The translations under genes and the position numbers were made by a program. This document shows positions 44,548 through 54,100 of a stretch of 63,796 nucleotides of DNA, in pieces. The stretch lies in assembly GCA_050736615.1 (NCBI GenBank), contig JBOHWL010000111.1, forward strand, positions 1-63,796, read 5' to 3'. Under the pieces are notes generated by a model. The model was not told the DNA's origin. It worked only from the letters and a program-made list of their open reading frames with translations, and ran no database searches. The number at the start of each line of letters is the position of its first letter. Position 1 is the first letter of the stretch. The stretch is from Candidatus Binataceae bacterium (GTDB lineage Bacteria > Desulfobacterota > Binatia > Binatales > Binataceae).

Positions 44548-45324
44548 ATGAGAAACGTCCTGACGATCACTGGCAAGGAACTCAAGGGCTATTTCGTCCA
44601 GCCCGTCGCCTACGTGGTGCTCACCGTCTTTCTATTGCTTGGCGGATGGTTCTTTTTCGCCCTGCTGCGGCAGTTCGATGAAATGGTGCAGTTGGTCCAA
44701 ATGATGGGGCAGGCGAGCACGCTGGCGCAGATGAACCTCAATACCCGCGTGATCGATCCGCTCTTGCATGATCTTTCGATCGTGCTGGTGATCCTCATTC
44801 CAGCACTGACGATGCGCGTCTTCGCCGAGGAGAAGCGCACCGGCACCTATGAGCTGCTGCTGACGGCGCCAGTGCGCACCGGCGAGATTGTCGCCGGCAA
44901 GTTTATCGCCGCCGCTATTTTCGCGCTGATCATGGTGGGGCTGGCGTGGATTTTCCCGCTCATCCTGATGGTCTTCGGCAATCCTGAAATCGGCGTCATG
45001 TTCGCGGGCTATGTCGGCATGGCGCTGCTGGCGATAAGTTTCGTGGCGGTGGGGCTTTTTACCAGTTCGCTTACCCAAAACCAGATCATCGCGGCGATAA
45101 GCTGCTTCGGCATCCTGTTGTTGCTGTACGTGATTTCATGGCCGGCGGAGGCGGCGGGCGGCGGCTTCGCCACCGGCGTACTGAAGTACCTGTCCTTGCC
45201 CGAGCATTTCTCCACGATGGTGCGTGGAGTCATCGACACCACCGATCTGATTTATTTCCTGAGTGTGGTTCTGATCGCGTTGTTCCTCACGCAGCGCTCG
45301 GTTGAGTCGGCGCGCTGGCGCTAA
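44548..45324 (+). CDS. ABC-2 transporter permease (GldF-like)
   Basis: A multi-pass hydrophobic protein. RVFAEEKRTGTYELLLTAP is typical of GldF/ABC-2 permeases. Confidence 0.8.
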   Translation: MRNVLTITGKELKGYFVQPVAYVVLTVFLLLGGWFFFALLRQFDEMVQLVQMMGQASTLAQMNLNTRVIDPLLHDLSIVLVILIPALTMRVFAEEKRTGTYELLLTAPVRTGEIVAGKFIAAAIFALIMVGLAWIFPLILMVFGNPEIGVMFAGYVGMALLAISFVAVGLFTSSLTQNQIIAAISCFGILLLLYVISWPAEAAGGGFATGVLKYLSLPEHFSTMVRGVIDTTDLIYFLSVVLIALFLTQRSVESARWR

Positions 45325-45340
45325 AGAGGCGGTGGAGATA

Positions 45341-46900
45341 ATGAAGCGTAGTTCCGCGCTGGCGGGCGTGCTCGGTCTGGTCCTGCTGATCTTCGGTCTG
45401 ATCGGTTATTTCTTTACCGGCGGAAATTTCGCCAAGCTCTACATCTTCGTCAATATCTTCTGCGGTCTCCTGGCGATTATCGGATGGATTGTCGCCAGCC
45501 GCGGTTCTTTCGGCGCGCTCATGGGAAAACGCGCGACGCGCTACGGCGCCAACGCGGTGGCATACTCACTCGCCTTCATCGGGCTGCTGGTCGCGATCAA
45601 CTATCTCGGCATCACCTACAACACGAAATTCGACATGACGGCGGAAAAGGTCTTCAGCCTTTCGCCACAGTCGCTAAATATCGTGAAAGGCCTCAAACAT
45701 CCGCTCAAGATTTATGGCTTCGTTCAGAACGGACACAGCCCGGTGGCGCAATCGCTTTACCAGGAATATGCCTACGCGTCACCGCAGGTGAGCTACAGAT
45801 TGATTGACCCGGTGCATGATCCCGAGCTTGCGGATCGCTACAAAGTCTCGGTCAACAACACGACTCACATTCAATATGGCAAGCAGGGGACGAATGTCAC
45901 CGATCTCAGCGAGCAGGCGATTACCAACGGTATCCTGAAGGTCATCAAGAGCGCCAATCGGACGGTCTACTTTGTATATGGTGAGGGTGAGGGCGATCCC
46001 AGCGACAGCCGCACCGCCAATGGTCTCAGTCAATTCCAGAGCGCGCTCGAAGGCGAAAATTATAAAGTCGAGCGTATTCTGCTCGCCTCCCAGCCGCGGA
46101 TTCCGGAAGATTGCAACGTGCTGGTGATCGCGGGCCCGACCCGGCCGCTGCAGCCGCACGAAATCGACGCCATCAACGATTATCTCGAGCGCGGCGGGCG
46201 CTTACTGGTGATGATGCGGCCGCCGCGGCCCGATCGGCCGTTCGATGAATCGGCGCTGACGAAACTGGTGGCGGAGTGGGGCGTTGATGCCGGTCATAAC
46301 GTGGTGGTCGATCAGGAAGTGCGACTGTTCGCCGGCCCCGCACTGGGTCTCGACCCGATGGTGAGTCATTACGGCGCGCATCCGATTACCGCATCGTTTG
46401 ATCAGCAGACTGTCTTTCCGATGACCCGCTCGATTTCTCCGATCGATCCGCCCAAGCCCGGACTGATCGTAACGCCGCTGGCGAAGACCGGCGATAGCTC
46501 GTGGGCGGAGACCAATTTGACCAACATTTTCGAAAAGCAGGTCGCGGCGTTCACCAAATCCGACACCCGGGGTCCGATCACGGTCGCCGCCGCGGTCACG
46601 GCCAATCTGCAGCAGCTTGGAAAAGGCCATGGCGAGGCGCGGCTGGTGGTGTTCGGCGATACTCAATTCGCCAACAACCATTATATCAATGTTTTCTTCA
46701 ACCGTGATTTCATCATGAACAGCGTCGATTGGCTGGCTGGCGAAGCCAACGCGATTACGATCCGGCCGCGCACGCTGCGCGCTTCCCGCTTCGATCTGAC
46801 TATCGGCGAGTTCGACGTGGTGTTCGTATTGTCGGTGTTGTTGCTACCCGAGTTGTTGTTGATCATCGGTATCGCGGTCTGGTGGGACCGGCGTAATTAA
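45341..46900 (+). CDS. GldG-like ABC transporter auxiliary protein
   Basis: ATG 45341 follows GGTGGAG. N- and C-terminal TM segments. ..VYFVYGEGEGDP.. and NVLVIAGPTRPLQPHEIDAINDYLERGGRLLVM. Confidence 0.8.
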   Translation: MKRSSALAGVLGLVLLIFGLIGYFFTGGNFAKLYIFVNIFCGLLAIIGWIVASRGSFGALMGKRATRYGANAVAYSLAFIGLLVAINYLGITYNTKFDMTAEKVFSLSPQSLNIVKGLKHPLKIYGFVQNGHSPVAQSLYQEYAYASPQVSYRLIDPVHDPELADRYKVSVNNTTHIQYGKQGTNVTDLSEQAITNGILKVIKSANRTVYFVYGEGEGDPSDSRTANGLSQFQSALEGENYKVERILLASQPRIPEDCNVLVIAGPTRPLQPHEIDAINDYLERGGRLLVMMRPPRPDRPFDESALTKLVAEWGVDAGHNVVVDQEVRLFAGPALGLDPMVSHYGAHPITASFDQQTVFPMTRSISPIDPPKPGLIVTPLAKTGDSSWAETNLTNIFEKQVAAFTKSDTRGPITVAAAVTANLQQLGKGHGEARLVVFGDTQFANNHYINVFFNRDFIMNSVDWLAGEANAITIRPRTLRASRFDLTIGEFDVVFVLSVLLLPELLLIIGIAVWWDRRN

Positions 46901-46919
46901 GCGCGCCGCGCCGCATCCC

Positions 46920-48386
46920 ATGCAGCTACGCAAAACCATCATAGTCGTCGTCCTGCTCGCGATTGTCGGGGGCTACGCTTACTTTCTCAGCCGTCAAGCG
47001 AAGCCGGACAAAACGCCCAAGCTCTTCAAGATCAAGGCTGCGGACATCCAGAAGATCGATCTGCAATACCCCGACCGCCATCTCGTGCTCGAACGCTCGG
47101 GCGACGGCTGGCGCATCACTCAACCGATCCAGACCAACGCCGATAACGACACGGCCAACGAGATTGCGAGCGGCATCGCGGACTGCGAGATCTCGCGGAC
47201 GGTGGAGAAAAAGCCCGCCGCCCTCGCACCTTTCGGGCTCAAGGTTCCCGCCGCAACGGTCACCGTCACGATGAAGGACCACAAGGTCTTGCCGGTGCTG
47301 AAGGTCGGCAAGCGCACCCCGGTCGGCAACGACGTCTATGTCATGACGGCGGGCAAACCGGCCGTGCTGCTGACCGGAGCGGTGCTTGCCAGCGACGTTA
47401 ACAAGACGGTTGATCAGCTCCGCTCGCGCGTGTTGATCGGGTTCAATCAAAAGCAGGTAAATCGATTCACGATCCAGCGTGCCGACGGCGAGCCAGCCAT
47501 TGAACTTGCGCGTCAGGACGGCAAATGGTGGATCGCCAAACCCGTGCGCTACCTGGCCGATCAGGCCACCGTGACTCAATTGCTAGGCGCGCTGGCGAAC
47601 GCCAAGGTCAGCAACTTCGTCAAGGATAATCCGACCGATCTGGCCCAATATGGCCTGGCCAAGCCGTCGCTCACGGTCGCCCTCTATACCGGCAAGAACA
47701 ATGCGCGGGAGTCGCTTCAATTCGGCCACAAGGCGAGCGACGAATATACGGATTACGCGCGGCGCGGCGAGGGAGATGCGCCGGTCTGTACCGTCTACAA
47801 CTATCTCAAGAAAGCCTCGGATAAGACGGTTCTCGATCTGCGCGACCGAACCATGCTTACCTTCGATAAATCAAAGGTGGAACGGGTGGAGATGAAGGGC
47901 CCGGCCGGCGCCGTCACGCTCGCTCGCGCCGCTGGCGGCAAATGGACCGCCGGTGCCGAAGGCGAATCGAAGCCGGCCGAGGCGCCAGTGGCCAAGAGCC
48001 TGCTTGATCAGCTTGAGCAACTCAAAGGCACTAGCATTCTTGAGGATCCGATGACCGATGCACGTCCGTTCGGCCTCGAACACCCCTATGTGACGCTGCA
48101 ACTCTATGGCAACAATGGTACCACGATGGGTTCGGTCAAACTTGCCGAAATGCCGGTGGAGATCACCGATACCCACACCGGCAAACCCGCCACCCAATAT
48201 AAGGGCTACGGGGTGACGGGCGCGAATACCGTATACGCGGTTTCGACCGAAAAAATTTACGATCTGGAGAATACGGTCGACCGTTTGCATACGGACGCGA
48301 TGCCGAAGCCGACTCCGACCGCCACCCCGACCGCTTCGCCGTCACCAGCGGCCGGCAAGACGAGGCCGTCACCGGCGGCTTCGTGA
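46920..48386 (+). CDS. DUF4340-like protein (usual partner of GldG-type modules)
   Basis: An N-terminal anchor (IIVVVLLAIVGGYAYF) and repeated ..GDGWRITQP.. / ..DGKWWIAKP.. blocks. The Pro/Thr/Ala-rich tail is PKPTPTATPTASPSPAAG. Confidence 0.65.
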   Translation: MQLRKTIIVVVLLAIVGGYAYFLSRQAKPDKTPKLFKIKAADIQKIDLQYPDRHLVLERSGDGWRITQPIQTNADNDTANEIASGIADCEISRTVEKKPAALAPFGLKVPAATVTVTMKDHKVLPVLKVGKRTPVGNDVYVMTAGKPAVLLTGAVLASDVNKTVDQLRSRVLIGFNQKQVNRFTIQRADGEPAIELARQDGKWWIAKPVRYLADQATVTQLLGALANAKVSNFVKDNPTDLAQYGLAKPSLTVALYTGKNNARESLQFGHKASDEYTDYARRGEGDAPVCTVYNYLKKASDKTVLDLRDRTMLTFDKSKVERVEMKGPAGAVTLARAAGGKWTAGAEGESKPAEAPVAKSLLDQLEQLKGTSILEDPMTDARPFGLEHPYVTLQLYGNNGTTMGSVKLAEMPVEITDTHTGKPATQYKGYGVTGANTVYAVSTEKIYDLENTVDRLHTDAMPKPTPTATPTASPSPAAGKTRPSPAAS

Positions 48387-48453
48387 TGATGCCGATGATT
48401 GACCGATCGACTCGTGCCACGTCATCGCCGCGGCCGTCCTCATCGGTGTAATC

Positions 48454-48846
48454 TCAACCTTCGGCGATCACGTGCGCCATCGCCGTTTGCGCGGTGTGGC
48501 TGATGCTCAGATGAAAGGTGCTGATATCGCGGCGGCGGGCGAAGTCCGCCGTCTTTCCGTGTAGCACGATACGGGGCGCACGGCCGCGTTCGCGCGTCAC
48601 TTCGATCTCGCGCCATCCCACGTTACGGTTCCAGCCGGTTCCCATCGCTTTCATGACCGCTTCTTTGGCGGCGAAGCGTGCCGCGTAGCTCTGATAGCGA
48701 GGACGGCCGCGGGATTCGCAGTAGAGAATCTCCGCCTCGGTGAAAATTCGCGCGCGAAAGCGCGCTCCCGTATGCGGCCGGTTGAGCGCGCGCTCGACGC
48801 GCTCGACTTCGATCAGGTCGATGCCGGTACCGACTATTGCCGCCAT
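48454..48846 (-). CDS. acpS: holo-[acyl-carrier-protein] synthase
   Basis: MAAIVGTGIDLIEVERV.., FAAKEAVMKAMG. The track ORF extends to 48900 into the repeat, so the start was placed at ATG 48846. Confidence 0.85.
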   Translation of the reverse strand: MAAIVGTGIDLIEVERVERALNRPHTGARFRARIFTEAEILYCESRGRPRYQSYAARFAAKEAVMKAMGTGWNRNVGWREIEVTRERGRAPRIVLHGKTADFARRRDISTFHLSISHTAQTAMAHVIAEG

Positions 48847-48884
48847 CGCATCAGCAAAGTATTTATTGCGCCCACGTGCAACAC

Positions 48885-49088
48885 CAGGGAAGCTCCGCAC
48901 AAGCGCCAGTTGTTATTCCGAACGGAGTCTGCCGTTAGCGTATCCGCAGGCGGAGCGAACAAACGAGTCTGCGAGGTGCGTTCAAAAATAAGTGAAGAAT
49001 CCCGGAAAAATCCTTGAAAAGGCAAAAATTCCGGGATTACTCGCCGCGCTCGGAATGACAGCGTGACACTTGTGCGGAGATTTCCTAG
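48885..49088. repeat. MITE-like nested palindromic element, copy 4 (204 bp), followed by a GC-rich module at 49089-49122
   Basis: CAGGGAAGCTCCGCACAAG..TTATTCCGAACGGAGTCTGC, a central GAGCGAACAAACGAGTCTGCGAGGTGCGTT, GAAGAATCCCGG-N-CCGGGATTACTC, and CGCTCGGAATGACAG..CTTGTGCGGAGATTTCCTAG. It is followed by CCGAGCAGGCGAGCCTGCGAGCCGCGTTCAAA. Confidence 0.8.
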
Positions 49089-49215
49089 CCGAGCAGGCGA
49101 GCCTGCGAGCCGCGTTCAAAAATGACAAAATCAGGCTCGGTGCGGAACTTGCCTAAAGCTCCCTTGCGGCTCCGCCCGCGCGATTCTATTGTTCACTCAA
49201 ACTCGCGGAGGGTCT

Positions 49216-49449
49216 ATGGCAAAGCTCACGACCACAGTCAACAAGGCGCGCTGCATCGCCAGCGAGGATTGTGTCCAGACCGCTCCGGGCGTGTTCCAAC
49301 TCGACGATGATGGCAAATCCGAAGTATACAACCAGACTGGCGCGCCCGATAACGTGATCCTTGCCGCCGCGCGCGCATGTCCCGCCAAAGCCATTACCGT
49401 CCTGGACGAGGAGAGCGGTATTCAGCTTTTCCCTCCACCGAAGAAGTAA
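49216..49449 (+). CDS. small single-cluster ferredoxin
   Basis: ARCIASEDCVQTAPGVFQLDDDG ... ACPAKAI has the C-x5-C ... CP pattern of Fer4_13/15-type ferredoxins. ATG 49216 follows GGAGGG. Confidence 0.75.
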   Translation: MAKLTTTVNKARCIASEDCVQTAPGVFQLDDDGKSEVYNQTGAPDNVILAAARACPAKAITVLDEESGIQLFPPPKK

Positions 49450-49483
49450 CCGCCGCCCCCAATGGGCGTGAGTTTTCCCTCGA

Positions 49484-49987
49484 TTGCATTCGAACGTGGT
49501 TAGCCGGCGCAAACGTTCACGCGATGAATTATTTGTAGAGCAGGCGCGGGAGTTCACCGAGCTTCGTGGTTTTCTCAACCATCATGGGATGAACGAAGAG
49601 AGGGACGCGGCGGGATGTTGGCTGATCGCGTGGTGGGATGGCGAACCGGTTGGTGTCGTGGCGATTGAAACCGTGATCGACGCTGCCGCGATGCGCGCGT
49701 TGACGGTCGCCGAATCAAAGCGCCGGCATGGCGTGGGAGCCGCGCTGGTCGCGGCGGCACGCGATGCGGCGCATGCGCGCGGTGCCCGCCGCCTTTATGC
49801 ATTAGCGGCGCCTACGGCGGCGGATTACCTCAGGCGCTTTGGCTTCACCGAGGTCGCCCGTGCGGAGTTGGCTGAAGCGCTGGCCGATACGAAAGTCGGC
49901 GCGCGCTGGCAAAAATCTCCGGCGAACTTCGCCGCGCATACGGCGCTTTGCCTTGATCTCGCGCATTACCGGGAAATTATTCGTTGA
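49484..49987 (+). CDS. GNAT-family N-acetyltransferase
   Basis: VGVVAIE...LTVAESKRRHGVGAALVAAARDAAHARGARRLYAL is the acetyl-CoA binding motif A (R-x-x-G-x-G/A). The start is uncertain (TTG 49484 or ATG 49589). Confidence 0.7.
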   Translation: MHSNVVSRRKRSRDELFVEQAREFTELRGFLNHHGMNEERDAAGCWLIAWWDGEPVGVVAIETVIDAAAMRALTVAESKRRHGVGAALVAAARDAAHARGARRLYALAAPTAADYLRRFGFTEVARAELAEALADTKVGARWQKSPANFAAHTALCLDLAHYREIIR

Positions 49988-50030
49988 AGCGGAGCGGACG
50001 TCCCGCGATCGGGATAACCCGGAGACGGTC

Positions 50031-50291
50031 TTAGCCGGCACCCATGATCCGCATCAGGCTAAGGGTCAACTGCCACGATGATACGATGAAGCCGGCCACG
50101 CCGATCATTCCGCTGATCCAAAACGCTGCCGGATAACGGCGCGAGTGCACCACGCGTTCCAGCGGCAGGTTGGTGTAGCGCGCCGTCCGCTGGCGCATGC
50201 GCGCATGGAATATGAGCGAACTGACGATCGCATAGCCGAAACATACGCAACCCAGCACAGACATCAGCAAGCGCCGTTCGGGTTCAGACAC
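50031..50291 (-). CDS. hypothetical small membrane protein (two predicted TM helices)
   Basis: LLMSVLGCVCFGYAIVSSLIF and AAFWISGMIGVAGFIVSSW. It lies 18 nt downstream of the amidinotransferase-like gene on the same strand. No family was recognised. Confidence 0.35.
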   Translation of the reverse strand: MSEPERRLLMSVLGCVCFGYAIVSSLIFHARMRQRTARYTNLPLERVVHSRRYPAAFWISGMIGVAGFIVSSWQLTLSLMRIMGAG

Positions 50292-50309
50292 CGCCGAACT
50301 CCGCTTGAG

Positions 50310-51320
50310 CTACCCGGCTGGGCTGCCAAACAGGCGTTGGTAGGAACGTTCGGCCCGGAACTGGACCGCGCCCACGGACGAGGGCTGCTCGGCATTGGGG
50401 CCCAGGTCGAGAATCATGCATTTGATCGAGCCACCACCTTTGGCGAGAAATTCGCTGACATTGATCAAGACCGGTTCGACGCCATGACCTCGCACCTGGC
50501 GGAGTAGGTCATCGCTAACTCCTTCCGGCATGAACAGGTAAAGCTTGCCGTCAAAATCGGTCTGAAAGGAATTTGCCGCATAAAGCGCGGCGTCATCCGC
50601 CGACAGCGGAAGTAGATTACGGCCGAACTTCTCCCGCAGCATATCACGGGACGATGGTGTCAGGCCGTCGAGGTAGGCGAGCACAAACTCGCGATCGAGA
50701 CCGAAGGAGCACAGCACCGTATCCCCGTGATAATGCGCCTCGAGGCATAGTTCGAGCGCCAGAATTGGACGCTCCGCGACCACCCGTTGCAACTCCTCGG
50801 TGGTGCCGCGTTCCGAGCGGAAGCCATAAACCCGTTTCCAGGGCGGCAATCCGAGGCGTGGCATAAAACGCTGCCGCTCCAGCCGGCCATAGGTGAATAG
50901 CATGAAGCGGCCGGCGGGAAAGAAATCCGCCTCGCCCTCAAAGCGCGAGGCCACCTCGTGGGTTTCCAACCCCATCGCGCGAATAAACGGGCGATAGATA
51001 TCGCGCTCGACCGCGCGCGTGGGCAACAGGTTGGCGAGGTAAAAGATTTTGCGAGCCGGGGCGTCGCTCGATGCGAACTTCAACGGGAACAAAAAGCCCG
51101 CGTTGGCCGGATACACCAGACCGGTCAGCTCAGGGTGGGGCTCGATCACGCAAATCTCGACTCCATGAGCGGTCAGCGCGCGGGCCAGATGATGCCACTG
51201 CTCGCGCGCGCGCTTCGCGTCCACACTCTTGCGCAAGCCCAAGGCGTTGCGCGTGTGCGGATTGGCGCCGCCGCGCACCGAAAAATAGGCTGGATCGCCC
51301 ATCAGGATGGTTCGTGGCAT
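50310..51320 (-). CDS. amidinotransferase / DDAH-like guanidino-group-modifying enzyme family protein
   Basis: A C-terminal GGGSIKCM (Cys nucleophile context) and an N-terminal ILMGDPAYF.. of the pentein fold family. Confidence 0.65.
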   Translation of the reverse strand: MPRTILMGDPAYFSVRGGANPHTRNALGLRKSVDAKRAREQWHHLARALTAHGVEICVIEPHPELTGLVYPANAGFLFPLKFASSDAPARKIFYLANLLPTRAVERDIYRPFIRAMGLETHEVASRFEGEADFFPAGRFMLFTYGRLERQRFMPRLGLPPWKRVYGFRSERGTTEELQRVVAERPILALELCLEAHYHGDTVLCSFGLDREFVLAYLDGLTPSSRDMLREKFGRNLLPLSADDAALYAANSFQTDFDGKLYLFMPEGVSDDLLRQVRGHGVEPVLINVSEFLAKGGGSIKCMILDLGPNAEQPSSVGAVQFRAERSYQRLFGSPAG

Positions 51321-51544
51321 AAGACGGTCATGAAAGCCTTGCGTACCGGGTTAAACCTCAATGCCGGCGGGTTGTTTCATGGGAGGAATAGGACGCCCGC
51401 GCGAAAAAAGCCGCCGCCGCGACGGGTGCGCCATCGGCTCCCATCGCAGCGGCTCATCATCGAAGCAATTGGGCAACCCTTCGCCAATCAATTGCGGGCG
51501 AGGGGTCCAGCTCGACCGTCGCCGAAATTAGCTGTCCCGGCGGC

Positions 51545-51844
51545 TTACTTGCGGTCGAGTTCGGTCAACATCTCCAGCTGCGGGCGGCCGTCCAGCAATT
51601 CGGCGATACGCTGACCCATTTCCTTCATGTGTTCGGTTTTGCGGTGATTATCGAAAGCGGCTTGGTCCTGGTAAACCTCGTACCAGACGAATTGGGTGGG
51701 ATCCTTCTCGGCACGATGCAGCACATAGGCCTGACATCCAGGTTCGTTGGCGCGGACCTTCTTGATCATGTCGCGGAAGGCTTCCTCCAGCTTCTGCTCG
51801 CTTCCCTGCTTGGCTTTGATTTTCGCAATCAGCGTTACGGACAT
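51545..51844 (-). CDS. antibiotic biosynthesis monooxygenase (ABM) family protein
   Basis: A 99-aa ferredoxin-like protein: ..EPGCQAYVLHRAEKDPTQFVWYEVYQDQAAFDNHRKTEHMK. Confidence 0.8.
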   Translation of the reverse strand: MSVTLIAKIKAKQGSEQKLEEAFRDMIKKVRANEPGCQAYVLHRAEKDPTQFVWYEVYQDQAAFDNHRKTEHMKEMGQRIAELLDGRPQLEMLTELDRK

Positions 51845-52072
51845 GGAAATCTCCTTTGACCGCTGTGGCAGCCCTTCGCCGTCCAGCGCGACGGGACAGA
51901 GACAACGGTTGCAGCCCTATCAGTCGCACGCTAGCAGATTTTCAACCAAAAGCGACCGCCCGCCCGCGAGGCGTATCCAACCGCCGTCAGCTTTAGACAC
52001 AGGTCGATCCGAGCAAAGCAAACGCCGGCATGTTAGCCTGTGGACGGCAACAAGCCGCCCGGAGCGTGCTCT

Positions 52073-53215
52073 ATGATCGGTTTCGATTTGAGCGACGAAC
52101 AGCGCGAGCTAAAAGCGCTGGCGCGGAAGTTTTCCGACAATGAAATCATTCCACGCGCACGCGAATACGACGAATGCGAGCGCTTTCCGCGTGACATCTG
52201 CGAACGCGCTTTCGCCGCCGGCCTGATGAATTTTGGCGTTCCGCGCGAACTGGGCGGCCCCGGTCTGGGTATTCTCGATACGTGTATTATCCAGGAAGAG
52301 CTCAATTACGGATGCTCAGGCATCTCTAATTCGATCAGTGCCAATGATCTTGGCGCGTTGCCGCTCTTGATCGCCGGCAACGACGATCAGAAACGCGCAT
52401 ATCTTGGCGCGCTGACCGAAAAATTGACGTTCTGCGCCTTTGCCATCACCGAACCGGGAGCCGGCTCCGACGTCGCCGCGATGAGCACCAGTTATCGGCG
52501 TGAAGGTGACAGCTTCATCCTGAACGGCACTAAGCATTTCATCTCGAACGGCTCGATGGCGGATTGGCTCGTAACTTTCGCGACCAGGGATAAGCGGCTT
52601 AAGCACAAGGGCATCTCGTGCTTCGTGTTCCCCTCCGAACTGGCCGGCATCACCCGCAACCGCATGCATGGCAAACTTGGACAACGCGCCGCCGATACCG
52701 GCGAGATCGTCTATGATGAAGTCCACGTGCCGTCCAGCGCGCTGGTCGGAGAAGAAGGCGAGGGTTTCAAGTACGCGATGGCCACTTTCGATCGCAGCCG
52801 TCCCGAAATCGGCGCGATCGCGTCGGGTGTGGCGCAACGCGCCTTGGACGAATGCGTCAAGTACTCACGCCAGCGCAGCGCGTTCGGCCAGCCCATCGCG
52901 AATTTCCAGGCGATTCAGTTCATGCTGGCCGACATGGCCGTGAGTATCGAGGCGATGCGGTTGCTGACGTACAAGGCGGCGTGGATGGTGGATCAGGGCG
53001 AAACTCCCAACGTAATCGCCAGCTATGCGAAGGCCTTCGGCGCCGACGCGTGCATGAAGATCACCACCGACGCGGTGCAAATCTTCGGCGGCTACGGCTA
53101 TATGAAGGAGTATCCGGTCGAGAAACTTATGCGCGACGCCAAGCTGCTGCAGATTTATGAAGGCACTTCGCAAATCCAGCGCGTGGTGATTGCGCGTGAT
53201 TTGCTCAAGGGCTAA
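52073..53215 (+). CDS. acyl-CoA dehydrogenase (short/branched-chain type)
   Basis: Start placed at MIGFDLSDEQRELKALARKF. AITEPGAGSDVAAM, and C-terminal QIFGGYGYMKEYPVEKLMRDAKLLQIYEGTSQIQR. Confidence 0.9.
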   Translation: MIGFDLSDEQRELKALARKFSDNEIIPRAREYDECERFPRDICERAFAAGLMNFGVPRELGGPGLGILDTCIIQEELNYGCSGISNSISANDLGALPLLIAGNDDQKRAYLGALTEKLTFCAFAITEPGAGSDVAAMSTSYRREGDSFILNGTKHFISNGSMADWLVTFATRDKRLKHKGISCFVFPSELAGITRNRMHGKLGQRAADTGEIVYDEVHVPSSALVGEEGEGFKYAMATFDRSRPEIGAIASGVAQRALDECVKYSRQRSAFGQPIANFQAIQFMLADMAVSIEAMRLLTYKAAWMVDQGETPNVIASYAKAFGADACMKITTDAVQIFGGYGYMKEYPVEKLMRDAKLLQIYEGTSQIQRVVIARDLLKG

Positions 53216-54042
53216 TCACCGGCCGCGGGTCTGTAAATATTCCGCGCAATCGCGGTCACCCATGAGCGCGGCACAAAACGCGTCATCTGCGCCATCGTAA
53301 AATTCAGTGCGCCGTTGACGTAAACGCCGCGCCGGCTGGCCGCCGCCGCGATCGCCTGCTCAACCACTTTGGGCGCTTCCATATAGGTGAATGACGGCAT
53401 GAAGGCCTTTTCATTATGCGCCACGCCTTGGAATTCGGTGCGCACCGGACCCGGACAGACGGCGGTGACGGTCACGCCGGTGCCGCTCAGTTCAGCCGCC
53501 AGCCCTTGTGAGAAGCTCAGCACGAAGGCCTTGGTTGCGGCGTAGGTCGTCATGTACGGAACCGGCTGGAAGGCCGCGGTTGAAGCAACGTTGAGAATGG
53601 TGCCGCCGTGCCGCCGCACCATCGCGGGCAGGAACAACCGCGTCAGTGCAACCAGCGCCTTGACGTTAAGATCGATCTCTTCCAACTCGCGCTCGAGCGG
53701 CAGACGCTCGAAGTGGCCGGACGTGCCAAAGCCGGCGTTGTTGACCAGATAATCGATGGTCACCTGCTCGCCGTCGAGGCGGCGCTGGATTTCCTCCGGC
53801 GCTTCGCGGCGGCTCAAATCACATGCGATGACTCTGGTCTCCGGCGCGCCCATTTCCTTGGCGCGCGCGGCGATGGACCGCATGCGTTCCTCGCGCCGGG
53901 CAATCAGTACCAGGTTATATTTGCGACGCCCGAGCGAGTACGCGAACTGCTCGCCCAAGCCGCTTGAAGCTCCGGTAATCAGCGCGGTGCTCAATGCCGC
54001 CTCCGTTGGAAGGATACTGGGCCGGCCCGCACTGGCCGTCAA
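53212..54042 (-). CDS. SDR-family oxidoreductase
   Basis: ALITGASSGLG, NNAG, YAATKAF (YxxxK). Its stop overlaps the convergent ACAD stop (CTAA at 53212-53215). Confidence 0.85.
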   Translation of the reverse strand: MTASAGRPSILPTEAALSTALITGASSGLGEQFAYSLGRRKYNLVLIARREERMRSIAARAKEMGAPETRVIACDLSRREAPEEIQRRLDGEQVTIDYLVNNAGFGTSGHFERLPLERELEEIDLNVKALVALTRLFLPAMVRRHGGTILNVASTAAFQPVPYMTTYAATKAFVLSFSQGLAAELSGTGVTVTAVCPGPVRTEFQGVAHNEKAFMPSFTYMEAPKVVEQAIAAAASRRGVYVNGALNFTMAQMTRFVPRSWVTAIARNIYRPAAGD

Positions 54043-54100
54043 CCGCCAAAATCGTTGGAATGTTCAACCCGGAAGCGTTTTGCCAGTGACTGAGAGCGCG

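Noticed and set aside
53212-53215. A 4-nt convergent overlap of stop codons (CTAA) between the acyl-CoA dehydrogenase and the SDR gene.
   Set aside because: This is real in the sequence but is a trivial consequence of compact gene packing, with no functional implication that I can support.
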